Shown one piece after another: positions 37,944 through 46,677 of a stretch of 64,000 nt of DNA. Position numbers and translations under genes: made by a program. Origin of the DNA: Candidatus Kaiserbacteria bacterium (GTDB lineage: Bacteria > Patescibacteriota > Minisyncoccia > Phycocordibacterales > UBA2100); assembly GCA_023267655.1 (NCBI GenBank), contig JAHFMV010000002.1:7228-71227 (forward strand), read 5' to 3'. The notes beneath the pieces were generated by a model. The model was not told the origin of the DNA. It did no database searches and was given only the letters and a program-made list of their open reading frames with translations. The number at the start of each line of letters is the position of its first letter. Positions within the stretch are counted from its first letter, which is position 1.

Positions 37944-38288
37944 ATGAAATTAGAAACATTTTTTGGATTGCAGAAAGAAGTACAAGAGTGCGTGGAAAAG
38001 TTTAATTTCAACTGGACTAACTATGTGCAATACATCCACCTTGTTGAAGAGGTAGCGGAATTGGGGGAAGCGCTCACAGTGCATCAGGGAGACAGAAAAG
38101 CTGGTTCTGGTGAAAATGCATTAGCCGACCACCACGACACAAGGGAAGAATTGGGGGATGTTTTATTTAATGTGATACAGATAGCAAATCAGTTAAATCT
38201 CAATCTTGATGAGGTAATGGAGGAAACTTTTGCACGATACGAGGAAAAGTTAAAAAGGCTTAAGAATCAGGCTGAGACGTCCGCATAA
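37944..38288 (+). CDS. MazG-like NTP pyrophosphohydrolase
   Basis: HLVEEVAELGEA...EELGDVL. Confidence 0.88.
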   Translation: MKLETFFGLQKEVQECVEKFNFNWTNYVQYIHLVEEVAELGEALTVHQGDRKAGSGENALADHHDTREELGDVLFNVIQIANQLNLNLDEVMEETFARYEEKLKRLKNQAETSA

Positions 38289-39931
38289 AGCACAGACGCG
38301 GGGAGTACGTGGACGAAGGTGCGATAATCCCCTATACAATCAGCACAGTCATGAAGGAGGATAGTGCCGGAATGTAAGCCAGCTCCTTCACCGCTGCTGC
38401 CCACGCTTGAGTTCTGAACTCGTCCAGCCTGGGGAGCCCAGACTTGGATTGACTTGAATTCGCCGGTTATCGAATCGGGATTTTGGCGCGCGGCGCGAAG
38501 CGCCGCGTAGAGAGGATGCGCCGTGCCGGAGATTTTTTGATTGTAGAGTTGCAGGTTCGAGCCGAAGATTTTTTGAATTGCGGATTTTTTGGCGGGGAGA
38601 GAGGGGTTGCTTGGGATTTCAGCAAGGTTTTCTGCCTCCTTTATCCACTCACGCATGGGTTCGAGCCACGCGCTGCCGTCCCGCTCCAAACGCACAATTT
38701 GTTCCAATAACGTCCGCTTGTGGGACAACAGTGCGCGACGCTTCGCCAAGTATGCGTCGCGCTCAATTTCCTGCGCAATATAGAGATCCAAAACGCGGTC
38801 GAGTTTGCGGTCTATTTCGTTCATTTCGTCCCGTAAGCCAGAAATTGTCTGCGCGCTTGTGCGCTCCGCATCGCGTTCATCCACTTGCGTTCTGCGCCCG
38901 AAGTCGTGCGCCCATTCGGGCGGCAGGACAAAGAGCGAAAGCAGATTCGAAATATCAGTAACGAGATTTTCTTCACGCACGTAGGATTGCGTGCAGTGAA
39001 TCGACTTTTTTGTGCAGCGATAGTAAACATATCGGTGAAAATTGCCGTTCTTTTGGTGTTTCTCACGCACCTCGGCCGTGATAGCCATGCCACATTCACC
39101 ACACGACATGAGACCGCAAAATACTTGCGGCTGTGTCGTCGCGGCTTGCGGATGCCCTCGTTCGACAACTACTTTTTGTACTTTATCGAACAGCCGCTTG
39201 TCCACGATTGGCGTATGACGTCCCTCATATAGTTCGCCCATGTAGAGAAAAAGACCGCAATAAAACGGATTGGTGAGAATGAATTTCACGCGGTCGTCGT
39301 GGATACGATTACCGTATAAACTGCGCACTCCATTGTCGTAAAGAAACTTACCAATGTCTTCTACTCGCGAATTGCCTTTAGAATATTTCTCAAACGCGGC
39401 CTGAATTATTTTCGATTTCTTCTTATCAAGCATGATTGTTTTAGTGCGCGGATCGTTTCGATACCCCACCGGCGCAGTACCCGGGAAATCACCGCGCCGC
39501 GCTTTCGCGCGAAGCCCTCGCGCAGTGTTCGCGCTCAATTGTCGGATATATTCATTTGCCATGCCGAATTCAACCGACATGATGAGCACATTGTCCTGCG
39601 GCAAATACGTCCGATCGTGGGTTCGTATTTGCTGGATGATTCCCTGTTGCAATAGCCAGCTAATTTGTCCACTGTCCACGGGATTGCGCGAAAGTCGATC
39701 TATCTTCCAACACAAAATGCCCTGCGCCTCGCCCTTTTGGAGTCGCGCCATCATCTCGCTGAACACGGGGCGGCCGGGCATCTTCGCCGAGCGCTTTTCT
39801 ACAAACTGCTCGACTATTTCTAGCCCCTCCCGCAGCGCGAGCGCGTACAACTCTGACAACTGCGCCTCGATAGATAGGACTTGCTTGTCCTCGACATCAG
39901 TGCTTTTGCGGGCGTAGAGGAAATATTTCAT
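38267..39931 (-). CDS. large serine recombinase (element 2)
   Basis: YARKST, DRLSRN, CGECG, YYRC; C-terminus past 38434 is read-through into element 1 DNA. Confidence 0.95.
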   Translation of the reverse strand: MKYFLYARKSTDVEDKQVLSIEAQLSELYALALREGLEIVEQFVEKRSAKMPGRPVFSEMMARLQKGEAQGILCWKIDRLSRNPVDSGQISWLLQQGIIQQIRTHDRTYLPQDNVLIMSVEFGMANEYIRQLSANTARGLRAKARRGDFPGTAPVGYRNDPRTKTIMLDKKKSKIIQAAFEKYSKGNSRVEDIGKFLYDNGVRSLYGNRIHDDRVKFILTNPFYCGLFLYMGELYEGRHTPIVDKRLFDKVQKVVVERGHPQAATTQPQVFCGLMSCGECGMAITAEVREKHQKNGNFHRYVYYRCTKKSIHCTQSYVREENLVTDISNLLSLFVLPPEWAHDFGRRTQVDERDAERTSAQTISGLRDEMNEIDRKLDRVLDLYIAQEIERDAYLAKRRALLSHKRTLLEQIVRLERDGSAWLEPMREWIKEAENLAEIPSNPSLPAKKSAIQKIFGSNLQLYNQKISGTAHPLYAALRAARQNPDSITGEFKSIQVWAPQAGRVQNSSVGSSGEGAGLHSGTILLHDCADCIGDYRTFVHVLPASVLYADVSA

Positions 39932-40012
39932 CGTTATTTGAAGGTTACCCTAGAATTTTGTTATCCACATTCATTTGAAATTCACCTGTTGACATGCTAA
40001 TATGATGCTAAT

Positions 40013-40077
40013 CCATTCATTTGGAGGTGGATAGTCCGAATGGGCTAGCGTGAGGGAGTCCCGCAAGGGGCTTTTTC
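40013..40077 (+). ncRNA. candidate DUF3800-associated small RNA
   Basis: Hairpins TAGTCC-GAAT-GGGCTA and AGTCCC-GCAA-GGGGCT + U-tract, convergent with the DUF3800 gene 3' end. Confidence 0.5.
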
Positions 40078-40080
40078 ATT

Positions 40081-40884
40081 TTAAGTGAGAAATATCTTTC
40101 CATATCCATCAATTCTCCCGTTATAGAGGTGGCGATTATATTTTTCCGCTACGGCCTTGCAAAGTTGTTGACCATAACTACCCCCCGGACTATCGACTTT
40201 TCCTTTTGCGTGTAGAAGTTCCATGCGGCATGGATAAGCAAGAATGTCGGCAATTTGTAATCCCGTAACATTCGCACTTTTCGGCTGGATCTTTATTTCT
40301 TTCGTAGTTAGAGAATTTTGAAAGAATTCCGGCTTACGAAAATTTGTACCGCTCTCCCACACGTTTTGGTATGCTTCTTTGAGCTGCATATCTTCACGAC
40401 CGCCGCGACTTTCCGCCATCACATCACCCTTAGCATTGTAATAATTGAGAAATCCGCAGTAGCGCTCGAGTAGTGCAACAACGCAATAGTGATATGGATG
40501 TAAGGCTATATTGCCGTACCTTTTCACATGAGCATTTTTATCAATTACAACCGTCAACAGCTTAAAGTCGTACTTTTTCAGAGTGACTAAAAAATCGTCG
40601 TTAAAAGCTCTTTCTTTTGCCGGATCTAGTAGTCGCCAAAACGGGCCTTTTTTATTGATGAGCTCTTTACGATGAAGAATGACGGGTTCGTCCGGATTAT
40701 GCGGAAAATGTCGCTCTTTAAATTCTGTGAAGTCAGGATGGATGACTTTTTTATAGTAGTCGTTTTCAACAATAACACCTGTGATGCCCAAATACCGACT
40801 TACCACGTTATCTTCATTGCGCGAATACACGTGATCTCCGGCCTCATCGAGATAAAGTCGATAGCGTTTTACATCCATGGGCAA
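40081..40884 (-). CDS. DUF3800-family protein
   Basis: LYLDEAG, ILHRKE, ESRG and GLQIADILAY motifs. Confidence 0.88.
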   Translation of the reverse strand: MPMDVKRYRLYLDEAGDHVYSRNEDNVVSRYLGITGVIVENDYYKKVIHPDFTEFKERHFPHNPDEPVILHRKELINKKGPFWRLLDPAKERAFNDDFLVTLKKYDFKLLTVVIDKNAHVKRYGNIALHPYHYCVVALLERYCGFLNYYNAKGDVMAESRGGREDMQLKEAYQNVWESGTNFRKPEFFQNSLTTKEIKIQPKSANVTGLQIADILAYPCRMELLHAKGKVDSPGGSYGQQLCKAVAEKYNRHLYNGRIDGYGKIFLT

Positions 40885-40943
40885 ATAATACCAAATTATG
40901 AGGGACTAAGTGACTCTCGTGGCCGCGCGCATGGATTCCGTAT

Positions 40944-41367
40944 CCCCTCTCTCCCCGCCAAAAAATCTGCAATTCAAAAAATCTTCGGCTCGAACCTGCA
41001 ACTCTACAATCAAAAAGTCTCCGGCACGGCGCATCCTCTCTACGCGGCGCTTCGCGCCGCGCTCCAAAATCCCGATTCGATAACCGGCGAATTCAAATCA
41101 ATCCAAGTCTGGGCTCAACTATACCAAATAGCTCGAACCTATTTTAGCAAACATGATGAGTGATCGGACACGCGCCGCGTGAGTGGTGACGTGTCCCAAC
41201 AAGGTACGCTCCGCGTCCGTGCCAACTCTGACGCCGCCCGCCGCAGCAAAGCTGCGGCAACCCCGAAAGAAACCGCTTCCCATGCATCTCTGTTCGGCGG
41301 GGGTGGGATGCGTATTGAAATGGAATGGGCGGTTTCTTTCGGGGTTCTGCCCTGTGGGCAGGGGGCG
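40944..41367 (+). repeat. internal inverted attP copy (recombinase 3' end + P' arm)
   Basis: 40944-41116 is the reverse complement of 38434-38606 (4 mismatches seen); 41113-41367 is the reverse complement of 44832-45085. Confidence 0.92.
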
Positions 41368-41467
41368 ACAAACCCCTCAATCACCCAGTGATTGAGGGGT
41401 TTGAATTACTGCGAGTTAGCTAGAGCGCGTATTTGTAAAAAGTCTCGAACGTTGTTAGATTAGGGAA

Positions 41468-42025
41468 ATGTCTCCAAATATGAATACTCGCTTAGGTATT
41501 CTCAACATTGTCCCGATAAAAGAGCGCCCGGAATTGCTCGCGGAGCCAGTGGCCAAAGCCATTTCAAACTTGTCGGACGCTGACACAATTGGAGTAACAG
41601 AAATCGATCCACGGTTATCTGATACCACCGCATTTTGTGCGCAATATCAAGTTGATATGAATCGAACCGTTAATTGCGTCGTACTTGAGGCAAAACGAGG
41701 CGATCGCACATGGTTTGCGACGGCCGTTATTTTCGGTGACACTCGTGCTGACGTGAATGGTCTTGCACGGCGCACTCTTGAAGCTCGCAAGGTATCATTT
41801 GCGCCCATGGATCAAGCTGTGGCACAAACAGGAATGGAGTACGGAGGAATTAGTCCTATCGGCATTCCAGCTGACTGGCCTATTCTCATTGATAAGGCAG
41901 TTGCTGATTCGGAATATGTGATTGTTGGCAGCGGTATACGGAAATCCAAGCTCGTGATTCCAGGTAAGATTCTTGCTGCTTTACCAAATGCGAAAGTACT
42001 GGAAAGCCTCGGTCAGAAAAAATAA
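41468..42025 (+). CDS. YbaK/EbsC aminoacyl-tRNA editing family protein
   Basis: NCVV, TGMEYGGISPIG and VGSGIRKSKL motifs. Confidence 0.88.
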   Translation: MSPNMNTRLGILNIVPIKERPELLAEPVAKAISNLSDADTIGVTEIDPRLSDTTAFCAQYQVDMNRTVNCVVLEAKRGDRTWFATAVIFGDTRADVNGLARRTLEARKVSFAPMDQAVAQTGMEYGGISPIGIPADWPILIDKAVADSEYVIVGSGIRKSKLVIPGKILAALPNAKVLESLGQKK

Positions 42026-42066
42026 GGGCCAGCGAAGTGTTCGCCAGCCCTTCTGCACGCGACCGA

Positions 42067-42855
42067 TCATCGTGTCAAGAGATTCTCCGATTCTACACTG
42101 AGTCTCTTCGCCGCACTTTCGCCGTTCACCACTAACTCCAGCCAACGATGAGTGCCGAAACCAGAACTTCCGACAACCCAACTTAGATTTTTGGGAGTGA
42201 CGTCCGCGAGTTGCTCGGAAAAATCGAGATCTGCGAAACGTGTCAGATTTCTTTCTCCTTTCAAGACAGTCGTCTTGCAGTTGCCGAAAGGATCGTCGAC
42301 ATACCAGACGGCAAGTGGTGCATCGGGCACGACATCTCGTACCTGCATCTTTTGCCCAGGCACTTTCCATCGTGCCGCAATCCACAGAGCAACGCGAGGC
42401 AAGAATTCATAACTCCTAAACTGCGTTGTAGTTACATTCTCTGCTTCAGAGGAAGAAATAAGACGTTTCTTCACCGCCCACTTCATCACCGTCGGAATAT
42501 CGAGAACATGCATTGTCTCTGCGAGTTGAAGTTTTTTTACAAGCGAGAGCGTTTGGCCAGCGACGGTTGACACGAGGAGTGTCTTACCGATGTAGATATA
42601 ACAAAACGGCGTGCCGTTCGGCCATTTTTCTCGCAAGCCATTACGAGGCGCCACGTTCGCAAGCAAAATTCCTTCGCCACCATTACAACGCGCTGCGTCA
42701 AGTGCGTCGACGATATGTCCCGCAGCTTCGAGGTCGTTACGCGCCCCAATGACTTGCGGCAAGAGACCGCAAAGAGACTGAACGCGAAGCGACTGTCGCC
42801 CTGCGGCGTTTCGGCAATCACAATCTGTCACAATGCCAAAGAACTGTATCTTCAT
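42067..42855 (-). CDS. SAM hydrolase / SAM-dependent halogenase (DUF62)-like protein, divergent
   Basis: GIVTD at the N-terminus; VWYVDDPFGNCKT and VGSSG..LELVVNGESAA match the SAM-HAT C-domain pattern; AAAGGA RBS. Confidence 0.7.
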   Translation of the reverse strand: MKIQFFGIVTDCDCRNAAGRQSLRVQSLCGLLPQVIGARNDLEAAGHIVDALDAARCNGGEGILLANVAPRNGLREKWPNGTPFCYIYIGKTLLVSTVAGQTLSLVKKLQLAETMHVLDIPTVMKWAVKKRLISSSEAENVTTTQFRSYEFLPRVALWIAARWKVPGQKMQVRDVVPDAPLAVWYVDDPFGNCKTTVLKGERNLTRFADLDFSEQLADVTPKNLSWVVGSSGFGTHRWLELVVNGESAAKRLSVESENLLTR

Positions 42856-42914
42856 GACCTATCCTTTCGGGCCACTTGCTGCCGAGGACCATTCCTCGAC
42901 AGGATAACGACCCC

Positions 42915-42950
42915 AAAAAAGAAAACCCTCCGCGTTTGCGGAGGGTTTTC
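42915..42950 (-). terminator. attenuator terminator in the leader of the SAM-hydrolase-like gene
   Basis: 13-bp perfect stem GAAAACCCTCCGC/GCGGAGGGTTTTC followed on minus by TTTTTT; lies between leader ORF and gene. Confidence 0.85.
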
Positions 42951-42976
42951 GTGAGATTCTTTTTTTCAAAATTACA

Positions 42977-43048
42977 TCATACGAAATGTTCCTCCGCGCG
43001 AAGGGTCATCATGGCCATCATCATTGCTGCGCGAAGATGCGTATGCAT
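42977..43048 (-). CDS. Met-rich leader peptide MHTHLRAAMMMAMMTLRAEEHFV
   Basis: 23 codons with ATG ATG ATG GCC ATG ATG; below the ORF-track cutoff. Confidence 0.75.
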   Translation of the reverse strand: MHTHLRAAMMMAMMTLRAEEHFV

Positions 43049-43054
43049 ATGTCG

Positions 43055-43082
43055 ATGATATCGAGATTTGGAGAGCTGTCAA
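43055..43082 (-). promoter_or_regulatory. sigma70-type promoter for the leader peptide (leaderless)
   Basis: TTGACA-N16-TATCAT-N6-ATG on the minus strand. Confidence 0.65.
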
Positions 43083-43165
43083 TAGCGGGAGGGCGAACAA
43101 GGACTCTGCATGTTGAATAATGCTACCCTTATGGGTGTGGCGGGAACGTTGTACTATGAGCAGTC

Positions 43166-43678
43166 ATGATTAGAACGGCTAAAATAAGTGACATCGCTCG
43201 GCTTGTTGATATTGATTCTGCAGCCTATGGTTCGTACGGAGCTGACAGGGGCTACTTCGAAGAAAAGTTTGCTTCCGATAATGTGGGCATTCTTGTCGTC
43301 GAAGAAGCTGGGGATGTTAGCGGTTTTTGCGTTTTTGAGATTCTGAGATCGAATCAAATTCCGCCTGATTTTTGCGATTTGAAATTGAGAAAACCACTGG
43401 AAGATACGTGGACACATATTATTGCGTTTACAACGTCAACCAACTATATCGACCTTGAGTCGGATGGTCAGCTGGTTCGAGCCGTAGAAGAAAAAGCGAA
43501 AATCATGGGATCTGATATCTTTTGTGTCCCATTAAGTGTAGAACATCCTTTTGAAAAAAATGACGTCTTCGGCTTTTGGAAGAAGAATGGCTATGAGCGT
43601 GCGGGAACTATCAAGTGGAAAGCCAGTTCGAATGAACTCATTGAGTGTTATTTTTATTGCAAACTCGGCGCTAGATGA
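43166..43678 (+). CDS. GNAT-family acetyltransferase
   Basis: MIRTAKISDI, LVVEE..VSGF and FWKKNGY motifs. Confidence 0.75.
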   Translation: MIRTAKISDIARLVDIDSAAYGSYGADRGYFEEKFASDNVGILVVEEAGDVSGFCVFEILRSNQIPPDFCDLKLRKPLEDTWTHIIAFTTSTNYIDLESDGQLVRAVEEKAKIMGSDIFCVPLSVEHPFEKNDVFGFWKKNGYERAGTIKWKASSNELIECYFYCKLGAR

Positions 43679-43717
43679 TCGAAAACATATCGCCCATAGA
43701 TAGGCTAAAATACGGTA

Positions 43718-44227
43718 ATGGCAGATGACCCAGTCCCACAACCCGTTGAAAGCCCTCAAACACCGGTATCTGACGGGTTAGCGAATGTGCTGATTCCAGA
43801 GCCAGTTTCGGAGCCGACGTCGGAAGCGTCGGCGAGCGCTCCGAGCGAACCGGCGCAGCCGGTGAGCGATGCTGCGGAGGTCGCGGCGGAGCCGCAGAGT
43901 GAACCACCAACGCCAGAAGCAAAACCACAAACGCAATCAGCGACGTCAGCCGCGTCTGCGCCAAGCCTGATTTCCGATAAGACACCCGAGCACGACCGTG
44001 AACTCCTGAAAATCGCGAGAGCGAAAATTCAGACAAAGAAGAGCGAGAAACTGGAGAAAATCATGATGCTGTTTGAGAAGAAAAAGGAAGTCACGAATGA
44101 TGACGTTGAGAAATTGTTGCGTTGCTCCGACGCGACAGCGCGGAGGTATTTGAACGAACTCGTGAAGCAAGGAAAACTCAAGCGCGTTGGTGAGACTGGT
44201 GCAGGCGTCGCGTATATCAAAGCGTGA
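43718..44227 (+). CDS. winged-HTH (DeoR/Fic-C-like) protein with Pro/Glu-rich N-terminus
   Basis: VTNDDVEKLLRCSDATARRYLNELVKQGKL. Confidence 0.8.
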   Translation: MADDPVPQPVESPQTPVSDGLANVLIPEPVSEPTSEASASAPSEPAQPVSDAAEVAAEPQSEPPTPEAKPQTQSATSAASAPSLISDKTPEHDRELLKIARAKIQTKKSEKLEKIMMLFEKKKEVTNDDVEKLLRCSDATARRYLNELVKQGKLKRVGETGAGVAYIKA

Positions 44228-44310
44228 GCTTTGAAATTGAATTTGCATCTAGAGAGTGCCGCGAGCATGTGCAACTTGCTCGCGGCGAGATATGTGCGCG
44301 CATGGGGGGG

Positions 44311-44745
44311 GGTTGGGGCAAGCACGGGGATTCGGGCCTCGGGCATTTCCGCTAGGGCAAGGCCCTTCGGTGAGCGCCGCCGAAATCTTGGAATGGAGAA
44401 GTGTTAGAAGCGGAAGCGACACCACGAAAGCAATCTTGGAAACGAGGAGAGGGGTTGTGCGATGGGCGGACTCCGAAGGCCCGTTAATGCGAGCCATACA
44501 AGTCTGTATCACCATGACCAGAGGACACAACGATAGTGGTTGTGTTACAGCTGCGAGGAGGAGACCGAGCTGGGGAGAGGATTCCTTCCTCTCCCCAATC
44601 AGAAACGGCGCCCGAGCCAGAGAGCCCGCAGGCGATACTGGCGAGGAGAAGCGCCGTACCGAGGCATCTAGGCGCGAGCAGCCCTAGCGGAAATGCCCGA
44701 GGCCGGATGGCCGAGTGGTGCACCCCGTTGGACTTTGCCCTAACC
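44311..44745 (+). ncRNA. candidate ~435-nt structured noncoding element
   Basis: Perfect 24-bp inverted repeat 44335-44358/44681-44704 plus outer stems and internal hairpins. Confidence 0.45.
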
Positions 44746-45227
44746 GATAGCGATGACTGAGGCTCAATATGCATTTGCATTCCGTATTTGCATTGAACCA
44801 ATCAAATACCGGGTAAATGATTGGTTCCCGCCGCCCCCTGCCCTTGGGCAGAACCCCGAAAGAAACCGCCCATTCCATTTCAATACGCATCCCACCCCCG
44901 CCGAACAGAGATGCATGGGAAGCGGTTTCTTTCGGGGTTGCCGCAGCTTTGCTGCGGCGGGCGGCGTCAGAGTTGGCACGGACGCGGAGCGTACCTTGTT
45001 GGGACACGTCACCACTCACGCGGCGCGTGTCCGATCACTCATCATGTTTGCTAAAATAGGTTCGAGCTATTTGGTATAGTTGAGCAGATTTCTTAGCTTT
45101 ATCTTGCAAGGCATTTTTAGGTCCCCTTGTTGGACGCTCGAACCTAAATTTGACATTCTATATATTTTGTGTATTATACTTTTGGCAAAGTTGAGCCAAG
45201 TTACATTCGAAAAAGAGGAACTTCTCA

Positions 45228-45416
45228 ATGATTAGCAGCGGACGGTATCTCTACCACCTTCAGGACATCGCCGAAATCAAGGCAATGCCTCAGCCCGTGA
45301 ACTCGATTCAGCAGATGCGTCTCCGCAATATGGAGAGCGAAGTTGCCGAGTTCGAGAAGGCAAACCCCGAAGAAGCGACGCGCCTCCAGGCCCGTGCCAA
45401 GGAACTCGCTTCCTGA
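45228..45416 (+). CDS. small hypothetical protein in mini-cassette
   Basis: TTGACA promoter, AGAGG RBS, terminator after stop. Confidence 0.6.
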   Translation: MISSGRYLYHLQDIAEIKAMPQPVNSIQQMRLRNMESEVAEFEKANPEEATRLQARAKELAS

Positions 45417-45529
45417 TTCAGCTCACCAGCGGAAAGTCCGCTTCGGTGGGCTTTCTGTTTTAGTAACTCGGAATGTGTAGGTATGGATTATTCTGGAAAT
45501 AGGTTCTAACGTCGTCCACGACGCGGACT

Positions 45530-46577
45530 TGAATTAGCACCCTAATTGCAACCGGTGCGCCTTCGCCAAAACACACGCCTCGGACTCACAAAGCCGAGGC
45601 GCTTTCTTTGTCGATCGTTGAGACGACGAACAATGTGTGCGAGTTCTGCTGGGGTGATCAGATTGAAGTCGAGTGTCTTCGGAAAGTACTGTCGGAGAAG
45701 TCCATTCGTATTCTCGTTGGTACCGCGCTCCCACGCATGGTACGGGTAGGCGAAGTACACGGTCATGCCGGTCTTCTTCTCAAGGCGCTCCCAATCGCTG
45801 AATTCGATGCCGTTGTCGAGTGTGAAGATCCTGCGTTTCTTCTTTGGAATATGTCGGAAGTGTTCTAGTGCGAGTGAGGTGAGAAGTCGCGACCTCATTT
45901 TGGGAAGCACGAACGCAATGAGGTATCCGCTCCTTCGGTCGACGAAAGAAACGATACGCACGCGCTTGTCTCTTCCCATTAAGGTATCTCCTTCCCAGTC
46001 TCCGATCCTTCCGCGTTTTTGGACGATCGCTGGACGTTCGTCAATGCGTCGTTTCTTCCCTTGTTCTCGGGCTTTTTCACGTATCTTCGTACCGCGCTTT
46101 CTGCGGTATTTGCCCTTTGATGATCGGAGGTACTGCTTCAGGTGTGGTGCACGTTCTTTGAGGTAGCGGTATATCGTACTTGCAACAAGTGACCCACCAC
46201 GCTTTCTCAGAACACCAGCAATCTGCTCGGGCGACTTGTGGAGCTTCAATTCTTTCGTCATGAACCGCAGCAGGGAGCCACGGATCACACGAATGCCCTG
46301 CATTGCATCGACACGCTTCATGTGCTTCCTTCGTCGCACCTCTCGCACGTCGTATCCGTTTCTTCCTCCGTAATCCTTCACGTGCCTCCCCAGTGAACTT
46401 TTGTCTTTGCCGATGGTCCGGGCAATCTCGCTCAGCGAATGACCAGCTCGCAGCATCCGTGCAATGCACGACCAATCCTCCTTCCCAATGTGTGTATGTG
46501 CCATCTTGGCACTGTGAATGCCTCGCGGGGGGTTGCAATTAGCCTGCAAACTTCGGTGCAGTTAGCGTGCGAATTCA
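45530..46577 (-). mobile_element. IS30-family insertion sequence
   Basis: Imperfect IRs TGAATTAGCACCCTAATTGCA / TGAATTCGCACGCTAACTGCA. Confidence 0.85.
45542..46504 (-). CDS. IS30-family transposase
   Basis: SPEQIAG, GDWEGDT, DNGIEF and WERGTNENTNGLLRQYFPK motifs. Confidence 0.96.
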   Translation of the reverse strand: MAHTHIGKEDWSCIARMLRAGHSLSEIARTIGKDKSSLGRHVKDYGGRNGYDVREVRRRKHMKRVDAMQGIRVIRGSLLRFMTKELKLHKSPEQIAGVLRKRGGSLVASTIYRYLKERAPHLKQYLRSSKGKYRRKRGTKIREKAREQGKKRRIDERPAIVQKRGRIGDWEGDTLMGRDKRVRIVSFVDRRSGYLIAFVLPKMRSRLLTSLALEHFRHIPKKKRRIFTLDNGIEFSDWERLEKKTGMTVYFAYPYHAWERGTNENTNGLLRQYFPKTLDFNLITPAELAHIVRRLNDRQRKRLGFVSPRRVFWRRRTGCN

Positions 46578-46677
46578 CCGGAGAAAGTTTGACTATTTAC
46601 CGCAGATATGTTATATACATTCCTAGAAGCAGATTTCTAGCTTCTGATGTTTTTCTGTTGACCCAGGAGATCACACG

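Larger units (their letters stand above)
32656..38437. mobile_element. integrative element 1 at tRNA-Asn
   Basis: GAGC cores at 32656-32659 and 38434-38437; joining them restores a recombinase C-terminus ELPRLDEFRT. Confidence 0.8.
38434..45085. mobile_element. integrative element 2
   Basis: GAGC cores at 38434-38437 and 45082-45085; the joined attP is present intact inside the element (inverted, core 41113-41116). Confidence 0.8.

Noticed and set aside
40672-41163. 163-aa plus ORF with a recombinase-like tail
   Set aside because: Antisense to DUF3800 joined to the duplicated att segment; not an independent gene
41139-41395. Duplicated small ORFs here and at 44684-45079
   Set aside because: Products of the inverted att-arm repeat with no coding signals
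46627-46645. AAGCAGATTTCTAGCTT similar to the 45082 junction
   Set aside because: Short, gapped, part of a local hairpin and lacking the flanking arms; may be chance
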